DNA from: an uncultured Solirubrobacterales bacterium
GTDB lineage: Bacteria > Actinomycetota > Thermoleophilia > Solirubrobacterales > 70-9
Reading direction: 5' to 3'
NCBI GenBank assembly: GCA_963807385.1
Contig: CAWEBQ010000003.1
Span: forward strand, 718,426-782,425
Length of the DNA stretch: 64,000 nt
In this document: in pieces, positions 28,996-38,902 of the stretch
Layout: every line of letters begins with the position of its first letter
Numbering within the stretch: the stretch's first letter is position 1
Position numbers and translations under genes: made by a program
The notes under the pieces: model-generated
Seen by the model: the letters and a program-made list of their open reading frames with translations, nothing else
The model's database searches: none
What the model was told of the DNA's origin: nothing

Positions 28996-29388
28996 ATGGG
29001 CCCGATCACCAAAAGCGCGCTGGCCGGCTACGAGGACTTCAACGATCAGGACTTCGACTCCCTCCTCTCGCGGATGACGGAGGACTTCTCGTGGCACGAG
29101 GCTCCGGAGATTCCCGGGCCGAAGTCGGCGCGCACACGCGCCGAGTTCGCGAGATACCTCCGGGGCTTCGACCAGCTGTGGGACGAGTTCCGCTTCGAGG
29201 TCCTCGAGACCGCTGAGGCGGACGACATGCTCTACAGCAGAGTGGTGCTGCACGGCCGAGGCAGGGCAAGCGCAGACGCCCTCGAACTCGAGATCCACCA
29301 CGTCTGGCGCCTGCGCGATGGCCTCTTCGCGAGCATGCACGCTTACCTGGATCGCGACGAGGCGCGCGCGGCCGCGCGCGTCGACTAG
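28996..29388 (+). CDS. SnoaL/NTF2-like small protein
   Basis: 130 aa. The size and pattern (...FRFEVLETAEADDMLYSRVVLHGRGRASADALELEIHHVWRLRDGL...) are typical of the NTF2-like/SnoaL_2 fold. Same architecture as 56569..56985. Confidence 0.6.
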   Translation: MGPITKSALAGYEDFNDQDFDSLLSRMTEDFSWHEAPEIPGPKSARTRAEFARYLRGFDQLWDEFRFEVLETAEADDMLYSRVVLHGRGRASADALELEIHHVWRLRDGLFASMHAYLDRDEARAAARVD

Positions 29389-32300
29389 AGGCGCCGCTCG
29401 GTGTCGCGGATCACCCGCAGCGCCGCGTGCTGGCGCTCCGCCGAGACGACGTCTCCCTTGGCCTCGTAGAGCTGAATCGCCCTGGTGATCGGGGACACCG
29501 CCTCGGTAGGGGCGCGCGCTGCGCGCATGACGGCCCCGAGCGAGGCCAGCGCATCGGCGAGCAGAAGCGTTGTGTCGCTGGGCTCGGCCGCCGCGATCGC
29601 CTCGCGCGCCAGCCGCTCCGCCTCGGCCAGATCGCCGCTGGCCAGCAGGCTCTCGACCCGCGCGAGTCGCCACTTGACCTGGGCGTCGAGATCGTCGTGC
29701 GCGGCCATCCGCTCGGCCCGGCGGGTGAGCTCCAGCGCCTCCTCAATTCGGCCCTGGCGTACGATCGCTACGGCGAGCATCGGCGCCACCGTGGCGGCGA
29801 TGTGCTTGGCGCCGATCGAGTCGAAGTAGGCCAGCGCATCCCGAAGCTCGACCTCCGCCGCAACCGGATTGGAGCGGAGCGGCTCCACCGCCGCGGTCGA
29901 GATCGGCAGGTAGGCGTTGTGAGCGGGCTGGCCGAGCTCGTCGAAGATCCGGCGCGCGGAGTTGAACGCGTCCGCCGCCTCCTCCGCCCGGCCCGAGCGC
30001 GCAAGCATCTCGCCCATGCGCGTAAGCGTGGAACCCTCCAGCGAGCGGTTCCCGCGGGCACGCGCCCAGTCGAGGTCGTCCCGCGCCCGGGCGACGACGC
30101 GCTCGCATGGGGATGGGCCGAAGACGGCCACCTGCAGCAGCCAATAGCGAATCCAGGCCTCGACGCCCTGGTCTCCGGCGTCGCGGGCGAACTCCAGCGC
30201 GTGCTCGAAGGCCTCCTGCGCGGCCGCCTGTTCGCCGCGATCGGAGTGGGCCTTGCCCAGCAGGTGCCATGCCTTGGCCGCGCCGAGATCGTCGCCGAGG
30301 CCCTGGAAGACGCCCGTCAGCTCCGCGGCGCCGGAGCGCCCGTTCTCCGCCCACCAGGTCGGCTCCGTGAGTCGGCGCAGGCTGAGTTCGAGGATCCGCA
30401 CCTCCGCGTCGGTCCGGGGATCGACTCCTCGCGCCGCTCGCCTTCGCAGCTCCGCCAGGGCGTCGGCGGCCGCGGACGTCTCGCCCCCTCGGACGAGCGC
30501 CGTCCCGAGGGACAGCAGCGGCTCCAGGCGCGACGAATCCTCCTCCGAGGCGAGGGCGACGACCCTTGCGTAGAACTGCGCGGCGGTGACGTCGTCCTGG
30601 CGGGCGCTCGCGCGGTTTCCGGCCGCCATCAGATGCTCGGCTGCCTTGGCCGTCACCCTCTGGGCGTCGGCGGCTCCGGCCAGGAGCTCGCGGTGATACC
30701 CGGCGGCGGCCTCGAAGTGGTAGCCGACGATCTCCTCGGCCTCACCACGCCGATCGTTGGTCCACTCAAGCATCCAGTCGCCGACCTGCTCGTGCAGCTG
30801 AGCACGTCGGGCCTTCGGGATCGCCTCGTAGACGGCGTCCCGAAGCAGCAGGTGCCGAAACCGGAGCATGTCCGGCGCCGTGCCCCTGCGGCGGACCGTC
30901 TCGACCACGAGCTTGCGAGCGAGCCCTGCCAGGGGCTCGGTCATGTCCTCGTCGGTCATCCGCTGGACGGCGCTCGCCCAGAACTCCATGCCGACCACCG
31001 CCGCCAGCTCGGCGCAGGCGCGCTCGCGATCGTCAAGATGGTCCACGCGCGAGGCGAGGATCGTCTCGATCGAGGGGGGTACGTCAAACTCCGCCAGGTC
31101 GTCGGCCGCGGTCCACCCGGACTCCGATCTGGTCAGGCGACCGTCGTCGATCAGCATGCGGAGCACCTGCTCGACGAACAGCGGGTTGCCCGCTGCGAGC
31201 TCGACGATCCGGGCGCGGGTCGTGTCCGGTAGGGCCGCGCCCGCGAGCTCCTCCACCAGCGCCTCGATATCGGCATCGGGCAGTGGGCCCAGGGGGATCG
31301 TCGTCGGGCCGGGCTCCGCCCATCCCGATCGGCGCGCGAGTAGCTCGAAGCGCGCAGTGCACGCGATCAGCACGGCGGCGTCCAGCTGGCCCGGGAGGCG
31401 CTCGATCAGGTCCAGGAGCGGATCCTCGGCCCACTGGAGATCCTCCAAAACCACCACGACGGGGCCGTGCGCCGCCCGCGAGCTGAGCAGCGTCCGCAGG
31501 GCCCACAGGATCTGCTCGGGGGCCTTGGAGGCCGGCTCGACGCCGATCAGCTGGGCGAGCTCGGACGCGGCGACGTCGGCCCGCTCGGAGCCGTCGAGCG
31601 CCGCGGCGATCTTCGCTCGCGCCGAGCGGGAGTCGTCGTCCTCGGTGATTCCCGCCGCCTGTCTCACGATCTCGGCCACCGCCCACCAGGTGATGCCCTC
31701 CCCGTAGGAGAGGCAGCGCCCCGCCAGCACCAGGGCTCTGCCGTGGTAGCGATCGACCACCTCCGCGAGCAGACGGGTCTTGCCGACGCCGGCGTCGCCC
31801 AGAAGGATCAGGAACTCCGGCGATCCGCGCGCCACGCACCGCTCGAACGCAACGGTCAGCAGCGAGAGCTCCCGGCTCCGGCCCACCAGCGGCTGATCCG
31901 CCAGCGGCACCGCCGCTTCCCGCGCCGCCGGGCCAAGCACTTGGTACGCCCTGATCGGCTCGGTGCGGCCCCGGAGGTCGAGGTCGCCCGCGAACTCCGC
32001 GTCCATCTCGCGGCGAACGAGGACATACGTCTCCTCGCCGATCACGAGGCCTCCCGGCGGCGCCCAGGATTGAAGGCGGGCCGCTACGTTCATCGTGTCC
32101 CCCAGGCTGACCCTCCGTCCCGCGACCTGACGGCCGACGACGACGGTGCCGGTGTTCACGCCCACGCGCATCTCAAGCCGCGTGCCCAGGCGGGGCTCGA
32201 CCTCGGCGTTCAGGGCCTGGAGCTCCTCGAACATCGCGATCCCGGAACGTACCGCGCGCAGCGCCTCGTCGGGCTGGGCCACCTCGGTGCCGAACACCCC

Positions 32301-32504
32301 CATCACGCCGTCGCCCGCGAGGTGCTCGATCAAGCCACCATGACGCTCGACCACGCCCGCCATGCGCTCGAGGAACGCCAGCATCAGCTCGCGGAAGGTC
32401 TCAGGATCGAACCGCTCGGCCAGCGGGGTCGAGCCGACGACGTCGGCGAACACGGCCGTTACCTGCTTGCGAAAGCCCTCCGGGCCCCCACGGTTCCCGT
32501 CCAC
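29385..32504 (-). CDS. Class III adenylate/guanylate cyclase fused to a STAND AAA+ ATPase and TPR-like repeats, with no recognisable HTH
   Basis: 1039 aa. Cyclase blocks are VTAVFADVVGSTPL, AGDGVMGVFG, VGVNTGTVVVG and GDTMNVAARLQS. Walker A is LGDAGVGKTRL, followed by a long helical-repeat C-terminus. Confidence 0.85.
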   Translation of the reverse strand: MDGNRGGPEGFRKQVTAVFADVVGSTPLAERFDPETFRELMLAFLERMAGVVERHGGLIEHLAGDGVMGVFGTEVAQPDEALRAVRSGIAMFEELQALNAEVEPRLGTRLEMRVGVNTGTVVVGRQVAGRRVSLGDTMNVAARLQSWAPPGGLVIGEETYVLVRREMDAEFAGDLDLRGRTEPIRAYQVLGPAAREAAVPLADQPLVGRSRELSLLTVAFERCVARGSPEFLILLGDAGVGKTRLLAEVVDRYHGRALVLAGRCLSYGEGITWWAVAEIVRQAAGITEDDDSRSARAKIAAALDGSERADVAASELAQLIGVEPASKAPEQILWALRTLLSSRAAHGPVVVVLEDLQWAEDPLLDLIERLPGQLDAAVLIACTARFELLARRSGWAEPGPTTIPLGPLPDADIEALVEELAGAALPDTTRARIVELAAGNPLFVEQVLRMLIDDGRLTRSESGWTAADDLAEFDVPPSIETILASRVDHLDDRERACAELAAVVGMEFWASAVQRMTDEDMTEPLAGLARKLVVETVRRRGTAPDMLRFRHLLLRDAVYEAIPKARRAQLHEQVGDWMLEWTNDRRGEAEEIVGYHFEAAAGYHRELLAGAADAQRVTAKAAEHLMAAGNRASARQDDVTAAQFYARVVALASEEDSSRLEPLLSLGTALVRGGETSAAADALAELRRRAARGVDPRTDAEVRILELSLRRLTEPTWWAENGRSGAAELTGVFQGLGDDLGAAKAWHLLGKAHSDRGEQAAAQEAFEHALEFARDAGDQGVEAWIRYWLLQVAVFGPSPCERVVARARDDLDWARARGNRSLEGSTLTRMGEMLARSGRAEEAADAFNSARRIFDELGQPAHNAYLPISTAAVEPLRSNPVAAEVELRDALAYFDSIGAKHIAATVAPMLAVAIVRQGRIEEALELTRRAERMAAHDDLDAQVKWRLARVESLLASGDLAEAERLAREAIAAAEPSDTTLLLADALASLGAVMRAARAPTEAVSPITRAIQLYEAKGDVVSAERQHAALRVIRDTERRL

Positions 32505-32569
32505 CCCGCAATCATCGCCGCTGCGGGCCCCGGCCGCAAGCGTCGCTCCTCCGTACGCTTCCCAGCCTC

Positions 32570-33655
32570 ATGCGGATCGGAATCTGTGCCTACTGGTTCA
32601 ACCGTGGTCAGGGCGTCGTCGCACGCCAGATCCGAACCGTGCTCGACGGGCTCGGGCACGAGACCTTCGTCCTTGCCCGGCCGACGCGCGAGTCCAACAT
32701 CCGCTCGGCTTTCGTCGATCGCAGCGACGTCTGGGATCAGCCCGGCATCACGGAGGCCTCCGCGTACGAGATCCCGGTGCAGGAGTACCTCGACTGGGGA
32801 GCGGAGCGACAGCTCGACATCGCGTTCTTCGACCAGAACTACGGATTCGAAGGGATCGCCGCTCTGCGAGGGACCGGTGTCAGGACGGTCGGGCGCTTCG
32901 TCTGGGAGCAGTTCTCGGAGTCTCACGTCCCCGAGGCGAAGGAGGCCCTGGACGTCCTGTACTCGCTCACGCGCTGCGAGCAGGAACGCTACGCCGGCTT
33001 CGGGATCGAGAGCCCGTACGTGCAATGGGGCGTCCATCCCGATCTGCTCGCCTACGACCACGGCGAGCGGCCCCCGGGCGAGGTCGTGAACTTTCTCTAC
33101 CCCGCCGGGTTTCTCTCGCGGCGCAAGCCGCTGCGCCAGATCCTGCGGGCGTTCCGGACGGTCGAAGGCGCTGACCTCCGGCTCACGGTGAAGGCGCAGG
33201 TCGAACGCCAGCAGCGGCGGCTGACGGAGGCCGCCGAGTCGGATCCGCGGATCTCGTTCAGCTTCGAGGACCTCCCCACCGACGAGCACCTGCGCCGGTT
33301 CGCCGCGGCCGACGTCTGCCTCGCCCCGAGCCGCTGGGAGGGTTTGGGCCTGCACCTATACGAGGCGACGGCGTTCGGGATGCCCGTCATCACCAACGAC
33401 GACCCGCCGATGAACGAGGTCATCAAGGACGGTGTCAACGGCCTCCTCGTCAAGAGCAGGCGCAAGGGCGAGGCGAAGTCGGGAATCCCGTCGGTGGACC
33501 CGAGCGTCCGCAGCATGCGAAAGGCGATAGATCGCATCCGAGACCCGGGCCTGCGCACCGAGTTGCGGGCCGGAGCTCTCGCCGAGCGCGAGCGCCTCGA
33601 CTGGCGCCACACCGTCGAGGGCTACGCACGTCTGGTCGAGTTGGCCACCGCTTAG
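32570..33655 (+). CDS. GT4-family (GT-B) glycosyltransferase, paralog A
   Basis: 361 aa with the C-terminal E-x7-E-type block PSRWEGLGLHLYEATAFGMPVITNDDPPMNEVIKDGVNGLLV. It is collinear along its full length with 54469..55566. Confidence 0.85.
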   Translation: MRIGICAYWFNRGQGVVARQIRTVLDGLGHETFVLARPTRESNIRSAFVDRSDVWDQPGITEASAYEIPVQEYLDWGAERQLDIAFFDQNYGFEGIAALRGTGVRTVGRFVWEQFSESHVPEAKEALDVLYSLTRCEQERYAGFGIESPYVQWGVHPDLLAYDHGERPPGEVVNFLYPAGFLSRRKPLRQILRAFRTVEGADLRLTVKAQVERQQRRLTEAAESDPRISFSFEDLPTDEHLRRFAAADVCLAPSRWEGLGLHLYEATAFGMPVITNDDPPMNEVIKDGVNGLLVKSRRKGEAKSGIPSVDPSVRSMRKAIDRIRDPGLRTELRAGALAERERLDWRHTVEGYARLVELATA

Positions 33656-33771
33656 GGCGTCGAGCGCCCCATCGCCGCCCCAGCGCGCCCTGCCGGATCG
33701 GGGGCGGGCTTGCACGAAGGGCGCGGACGTGAAAGAAAGGGGGGGTCCAATCCCCAAGGAGGAGATCCCCA

Positions 33772-34053
33772 ATGCCCACCTACATCATGCTCACGCGCCT
33801 CACTTCCGACGGCATCAAGACCATCAAGGACAACCCGTCGCGCGTTCGTGAGGTGAACAAGGAGGTCGAGCAGATGGGCGTAAGCGTGGTCAGCCAGTGG
33901 GCCACGCTGGGCGAGTTCGACTTCGTGTCGGTGGTCGAGGCACCGGACGAGATCACGATGGCGAAGCTCTCGATCGAGATGGGCTCGCGCGGCACCGTGA
34001 CTAACCAGACGCTTACCGCGATCGACGCTGAAGCGTTCACCAACGCCCTGTAG
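33772..34053 (+). CDS. GYD-domain protein
   Basis: 93 aa: MPTYIMLTRLTSDGIKTIKDNPSRV...TLGEFDFVSVVEAPDE. AAGGAGG RBS upstream. Confidence 0.75.
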   Translation: MPTYIMLTRLTSDGIKTIKDNPSRVREVNKEVEQMGVSVVSQWATLGEFDFVSVVEAPDEITMAKLSIEMGSRGTVTNQTLTAIDAEAFTNAL

Positions 34054-34074
34054 CGCAGCCAGCCGAGCCCTCGG

Positions 34075-35355
34075 ATGCGGATCCTCGTCGTCGGCGCCGG
34101 CGGGCGCGAGCACGCGATCGTGCGCGCCCTCGGCCGCTCGCCGTCGGCGGACGAGCTCCTCTGCGCGCCCGGCAACGCCGGGATCGCGGCCGATGCCCGC
34201 TTGCTAGACGTCGCGGCCGGCGACGTCCGGGGGCTGGTTGACGCCGCCGTCGCCGAGGACGTTGGGCTGGTCGTGGTGGGCCCGGAGGCCCCGCTTGTCG
34301 CCGGGCTCGTGGACGCTCTCGAGGCGGCCGGGATCCCTGCCTTCGGACCGAGCGCCTCGGCGGCCCGCCTCGAAGGCTCGAAGGTCCATGCCAAGGAGGT
34401 GATGGCCGAGGCCGGCGTCCCGACGGCCTCGCATGCTGTCCTGCGCGACCGGGAGGAGGCGCTGCGGCACCTGGCCGCCGCGGAGTACCCGCTGGTCCTC
34501 AAGGCCGACGGGCTGGCCGCGGGCAAGGGCGTGATCATCGCCGCGTCCGAGCCGGAGGCGCGCGACGCCGTCGAGCTGTTCTTCGTCGAGCAGCGATTCG
34601 GCGCCACCGAGGTGGTGTTGGAGGAGCATCTCCTCGGCGAGGAGCTCTCCCTCCTCGCGCTCTGCGACGGGCAGAACGTGCTGCCCCTGGCGCCCGCCCA
34701 GGATTACAAGCGGATCTTCGACGGCGACGAGGGGCCCAACACGGGGGGAATGGGGAGCTACTCGCCGGTTCCCGGCGTCAGCGCCAGCGCCGTGGAGGCA
34801 CTCGTCGACGAGGTCCACCGGCCCGTGGTCGAGTTGCTCGCCGCCAACGGCACCCCGTTCCACGGCGTCCTCTACGCCGGGCTCATGATGACCGCCGCGG
34901 GCCCGCGGGTGCTGGAGTTCAACTGTCGCTTCGGCGACCCGGAGACCCAGGCGGTGCTTCCGAGGCTGCGCTCGGATCTGGCGGACCTGTTCATGGCGTC
35001 GCGCGAGCCCGGTGGCCTCTCGGGCCTCAGCGCGGACTTCGACGAGCGCTGGGCGGTGACGGTGGTGCTCGCCTCGGCCGGCTACCCGGAGAGCTCGTCG
35101 AAGGGCGACGTCATCTCCGGGATCGCGGAAGCCGGGGCGCTCGAGGACGTGGAGGTCACGCACGCGGGGACGGCCGTCGCCGAGGGGAACGTCGTGACCG
35201 CCGGGGGCAGGGTGATCAACGTGACCGCGCTGGGCGCGGACGCGGCCGGAGCGCGCGCCCGGGCCTACGAGGCGGCCCGGCTGATCTCGTTCGACGGCAT
35301 GCAGATCCGCTCGGATATCGCCGCGCGTGCGGTCGAACGCACCGATGCGCCCTGA
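34075..35355 (+). CDS. purD: Phosphoribosylamine-glycine ligase
   Basis: 426 aa with [17 protein letters not shown]-grasp blocks and GGMGSYSP. Confidence 0.95.
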   Translation: MRILVVGAGGREHAIVRALGRSPSADELLCAPGNAGIAADARLLDVAAGDVRGLVDAAVAEDVGLVVVGPEAPLVAGLVDALEAAGIPAFGPSASAARLEGSKVHAKEVMAEAGVPTASHAVLRDREEALRHLAAAEYPLVLKADGLAAGKGVIIAASEPEARDAVELFFVEQRFGATEVVLEEHLLGEELSLLALCDGQNVLPLAPAQDYKRIFDGDEGPNTGGMGSYSPVPGVSASAVEALVDEVHRPVVELLAANGTPFHGVLYAGLMMTAAGPRVLEFNCRFGDPETQAVLPRLRSDLADLFMASREPGGLSGLSADFDERWAVTVVLASAGYPESSSKGDVISGIAEAGALEDVEVTHAGTAVAEGNVVTAGGRVINVTALGADAAGARARAYEAARLISFDGMQIRSDIAARAVERTDAP

Positions 35356-35371
35356 CTGGAAGAATCGCCCC

Positions 35372-35887
35372 ATGCAAGCCAAGAAGCCCGCCGACCAGCC
35401 CAGCACCGAGACCGCGACCGAGGAGCCGACCGAGGCGCCGCCCGACACCATGCCTGACGTCGAGGTCGCCTTCGAGGAGATCGAGGTCGACGCCCCCCGC
35501 GTGGGGATCATCATGGGCTCGAAGAACGACAAGCCCAAAATGCAGCCGGCCGGCGAGGCGCTTCAGGCGGCGGGTATCCGCTATGAGGTCCGCGTGATGA
35601 GCGCGCACCGCGACCCCGAGATGGTGCGCGAGTACTGCCACAACGCACGGATGCGCGGCCTGCGAGTAATCATCGCCGGGGCCGGAATGTCCGCGGCGCT
35701 GCCCGGAGTGGCCGCCGCCCACACGGACCTTCCGGTGATCGGGGTTCCGATTCTGGGCAAGGCCCTCGGCGGGCTCGACGCCCTGCTCTCTGCGGTTCAG
35801 ATGCCTCCTGGCATCCCGGTCGCGTGCGTCGCGATCGACGGCGCGAAGAACGCAGGGATACTGGCGGCCAGGATCATCACGTCCTAG
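35372..35887 (+). CDS. purE: N5-carboxyaminoimidazole ribonucleotide mutase
   Basis: Core is RVGIIMGSKNDKPKM...VMSAHRDP...IIAGAGMSAALPGVAAAHTDLPVIGVP. The start is uncertain: the ATG at 35372 gives an acidic, Pro/Thr/Glu-rich extension of about 40 aa, and the ATG at 35450 gives a canonical length. Confidence 0.9.
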   Translation: MQAKKPADQPSTETATEEPTEAPPDTMPDVEVAFEEIEVDAPRVGIIMGSKNDKPKMQPAGEALQAAGIRYEVRVMSAHRDPEMVREYCHNARMRGLRVIIAGAGMSAALPGVAAAHTDLPVIGVPILGKALGGLDALLSAVQMPPGIPVACVAIDGAKNAGILAARIITS

Positions 35888-35898
35888 ATGACCGTCAC

Positions 35899-37179
35899 GT
35901 GATCTCGCGGTACACGCGCGAAGGCATCGGGGGCGTCTGGACCGACGACCGGCGGATGCGCGCGTGGCTCGAGGTCGAGCTGGCCGCGACCGACGCCTGG
36001 GCCGCGGAGGGGATAGTGCCCCTCGAGGCCGCAGCGGCGTGCAGGGAGCGGGCCAGCTTCACGGTCGAGGAGGTCAAGAAACGCGAGCGGACCACGGGCC
36101 ATGATGTCGCCGCGTTCGTCGATGTCGTCTCCGCCTCGGTTGGAGAGCACGGCCGCTGGATCCACTACGGGCTCACCTCCTCCGACGTGCTGGATACCGC
36201 CATGGGCGTCCAGCTGCGAGAGGCCGGTGAGGTCCTGCTCCCGGGCGCCCGGGCATACCGCGACGCCCTGGTCACGCGCGCCCGAGAGCATGCCGAGACG
36301 CTCTGCGTCGGCCGCACCCACGGCGTTCACGCGGAGCCGACCACGTTCGGCCTGCGGCTCGCCGGGTTCGCCCTGGAGGCCGATCGCAACCACGACCGGC
36401 TCACCGACGCGTTTCAGCACGCGGCCGTGGGCAAGCTCTCCGGCGCCGTCGGGACATACGCGTCGGTACCGCCGGCGGTCGAGGCCCGCGTGATGGAGGC
36501 CCTGGGCCTGCGGCGCGAGGACATCGCGACGCAGGTGGTCCCGCGGGACCGGCACGCCGTCGTGCTCACCTCCGCTGCCCTCGCCGGGGCAGGTCTCGAG
36601 CGCTTCGCGACCGAGATCCGCCACCTGCAGCGAACCGAGGTCCGCGAGGTCGAGGAGCCGTTCGGCTCCGGTCAGAAGGGCTCCTCGGCGATGCCGCACA
36701 AGCGCAACCCGATCCTCACCGAGCGGATCACCGGGCTCGCCCGGGTCCTACGCGGTTACGCGCAGGTGGGCCTCGAGAACGTCGCGCTGTGGCACGAGCG
36801 CGATATCTCCCACTCGGGGGCCGAGCGCATCGTCCTCCCCGACGCCACGATCGGGCTCGACTACATGCAGCACCTGGGCGCAAATGTCGCCGCCGAGATG
36901 ACGGTTCGCGCGGACCGCATGAAGGAGAACCTCGAGCTCACCCACGGCGCGCTGTTCAGCCAGCGGGCGCTGACCGCGCTGGTCGAGTCCGGGATGACGC
37001 GAGACGACGCCTACCGGATCGTCCAGGAGACGGCCCAGCGGGCCTGGGACACCGGCACGCAGTTCCGCGAGCTGCTCGGCGCGAGCGCACCGGAGCTGGA
37101 CCTCGACGCGGTCTTCGACTACGGCGCGTACCTCGAGCACGTGCCCGACGTCCTGGCACGACTCGACGAGCTGGGGTAG
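35899..37179 (+). CDS. purB: Adenylosuccinate lyase
   Basis: The GTG at 35899 gives VISRYTREGIG..., and the signature GSSAMPHKRNP is present. The track ORF begins at 35824, inside purE. Confidence 0.93.
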   Translation: MISRYTREGIGGVWTDDRRMRAWLEVELAATDAWAAEGIVPLEAAAACRERASFTVEEVKKRERTTGHDVAAFVDVVSASVGEHGRWIHYGLTSSDVLDTAMGVQLREAGEVLLPGARAYRDALVTRAREHAETLCVGRTHGVHAEPTTFGLRLAGFALEADRNHDRLTDAFQHAAVGKLSGAVGTYASVPPAVEARVMEALGLRREDIATQVVPRDRHAVVLTSAALAGAGLERFATEIRHLQRTEVREVEEPFGSGQKGSSAMPHKRNPILTERITGLARVLRGYAQVGLENVALWHERDISHSGAERIVLPDATIGLDYMQHLGANVAAEMTVRADRMKENLELTHGALFSQRALTALVESGMTRDDAYRIVQETAQRAWDTGTQFRELLGASAPELDLDAVFDYGAYLEHVPDVLARLDELG

Positions 37180-37226
37180 TCGCATCACTGAGCGTTTTGG
37201 GATCTATTGGGTCCTCGAGCGCTCAC

Positions 37227-38570
37227 TCACCTGCGCCGCTCGAGGACCGCGCCGGTTCCGGTGGCGGGGGCGAGCGTGACGTTGCGGCGGACGATGCGCT
37301 CCGGCTCGGGGTCGCCCGCGCGCAGAACCGCGCCGCGAAGGATGGTGCGTAGCGCGACCCGCATCTCCATCAGCGCGAAGGATGCGCCGAGGCACCGCCG
37401 CGTGCCGCCGCCGAAGGGAACCCACGAGAACGTCTCGGGCGCTTCAGCGAGGAACCGCTCCGGGCGGAACGCGCGCGCGTTCGGGTAGACGTCGTCCCGC
37501 ATGTGGGTGAGGTAGATCGACGCCATCACCACGGTGCGGTCGGGGAGCTCGTACCCGCCGAGCTCGGCGACCTCGCGCAGCTGCCTGCCGGTGAACGGGA
37601 CCACAGGGCGGATCCGCATCGACTCGCTGATCACGGCGTCCAGCCACTCGGTGCCGTCGCCCTCGGCCTCATCGCGCAGGCGCTCCATCGCCTCCGGGTG
37701 GTGGAAGAGCTGGTCGAACGCCCACGCCAGCGATGTGGCGGTCGTCTCGTGGCCCGCCAGCAGCAGGGTCATGAGCTGGTCACGGACGTCGATGTCGTCC
37801 ATCGCGGTGCCGTCCTCGAACCGGGCGCTCACCAGCATCGAGAGGATGTCCTCGCGCTCGTCCAGCGCGGGATCGGCGCGGCGCGAGGCGATCTCGGCCC
37901 CCAGGAGCTCGTCGGTGCGCCGGATGCGGGCGACCGTCGTCCGCCACGGTGGCAGCTTCCGCAGGCGCGGGACGGCCATGCCCACGGCGCGGGCGGACTG
38001 CGTCGCGGCGAGGATCGCGACCAGGTTCTCGCTCAGCTCATCGCGCCGGCCCGCCTCCTCCATGCCGAACACCGCGCGCAGGATCACCTCCAGGGTCAGG
38101 GCCTGCATGCTGGGGTGAAGCGGAAAGCGTCGGCCGGTGGGCCAGCCTTCGATCTGCCGCTCGGCGGCCTCCTCGATCACCGATTCGTAGGCGCGCATCC
38201 GCTCGCCGTGGAACGGCGGGAGCATCAGCTTGCGCCGGCGCAGATGCTCCTCGTCCTTGGCCAGCAGCACCGAGCGGCGGCCGAGCACCGACTCCAGCAT
38301 GACGTTGCGACCGGGGGCGACCGTGTTCGTCCGGTCGGCGGCGAAGAGGCGCTTGAGCGAGGGCGGATCGGAGATGAACACCACGTCGCCGGGGCCGTAG
38401 AGGCGCAGCGTGAAGGTCTGGCCGAAGCGCCGCGTCGCGTCCTCCCAGAACGAGACCGGGTCGCGGACGAAGCGCAGCGTCTGGACGGCGCGGGAGGCGC
38501 TGGGCCCGGGCGGGAGCCCCGAGGGCCTACCCCGCGGCGGGGCGGCCGCTGCGGTCGCGTCCCCGGACAC
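37227..38570 (-). CDS. Cytochrome P450
   Basis: 447 aa with I-helix LLLAGHETT, ExxR (ESMRIRP) and heme loop FGGGTRRCLGASFA. The GTG start lies 2 nt after the csoR stop. Confidence 0.92.
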   Translation of the reverse strand: MSGDATAAAAPPRGRPSGLPPGPSASRAVQTLRFVRDPVSFWEDATRRFGQTFTLRLYGPGDVVFISDPPSLKRLFAADRTNTVAPGRNVMLESVLGRRSVLLAKDEEHLRRRKLMLPPFHGERMRAYESVIEEAAERQIEGWPTGRRFPLHPSMQALTLEVILRAVFGMEEAGRRDELSENLVAILAATQSARAVGMAVPRLRKLPPWRTTVARIRRTDELLGAEIASRRADPALDEREDILSMLVSARFEDGTAMDDIDVRDQLMTLLLAGHETTATSLAWAFDQLFHHPEAMERLRDEAEGDGTEWLDAVISESMRIRPVVPFTGRQLREVAELGGYELPDRTVVMASIYLTHMRDDVYPNARAFRPERFLAEAPETFSWVPFGGGTRRCLGASFALMEMRVALRTILRGAVLRAGDPEPERIVRRNVTLAPATGTGAVLERRR

Positions 38571-38572
38571 GT

Positions 38573-38875
38573 TCAGCGGGTCCGTGCGAAGCGCTCGACC
38601 GCCCCGAGCAGCTCCGCGACGCGCTCCTGCGCCTCCGGCCCGCCCTGCTCAACCGCGTCGCGTACGCAGTGGTTGGTGTGATCGGTGAGGACCTCGAAGC
38701 CCACCCGGTCGAGCGCCTTGGTGACGGCCGCAAGCTGGGTCAGGACATCGATGCAGTAGGCCTCGTCCGAGACCATCCGCCCTAGTCCGCGGACCTGGCC
38801 CTCGATGCGAGCAAGGCGGCGGAGGATCGCATCGCGGTTCTCGATGTAGCCGACGTCGGAAGTGGCAGCCTCCAC
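38573..38875 (-). CDS. csoR: CsoR-family copper-sensing repressor (DUF156)
   Basis: The GTG at 38875 gives a 100-aa protein VEAATSDVGYIENRDAILRRLARIEGQVRGLGRMV..AYCIDVLTQL...DHTNHC. The Cys / His(+25) / Cys(+29) spacing equals the C-H-C copper ligands of CsoR. The rest of track ORF 38573..39151 is a shadow. Confidence 0.8.
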   Translation of the reverse strand: MEAATSDVGYIENRDAILRRLARIEGQVRGLGRMVSDEAYCIDVLTQLAAVTKALDRVGFEVLTDHTNHCVRDAVEQGGPEAQERVAELLGAVERFARTR

Positions 38876-38885
38876 CCCCCGCACT

Positions 38886-38902
38886 ATACCGGGTGGGGGT
38901 AT
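38886..38902. promoter_or_regulatory. CsoR-operator-like palindrome overlapping a -10 element
   Basis: ATACC-GGGTGGG-GGTAT lies in the 55-nt divergent gap. On the minus strand, TATAGT (reverse complement of 38883-38888) ends 7 nt before the csoR GTG, so the transcript may be leaderless. Confidence 0.5.
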
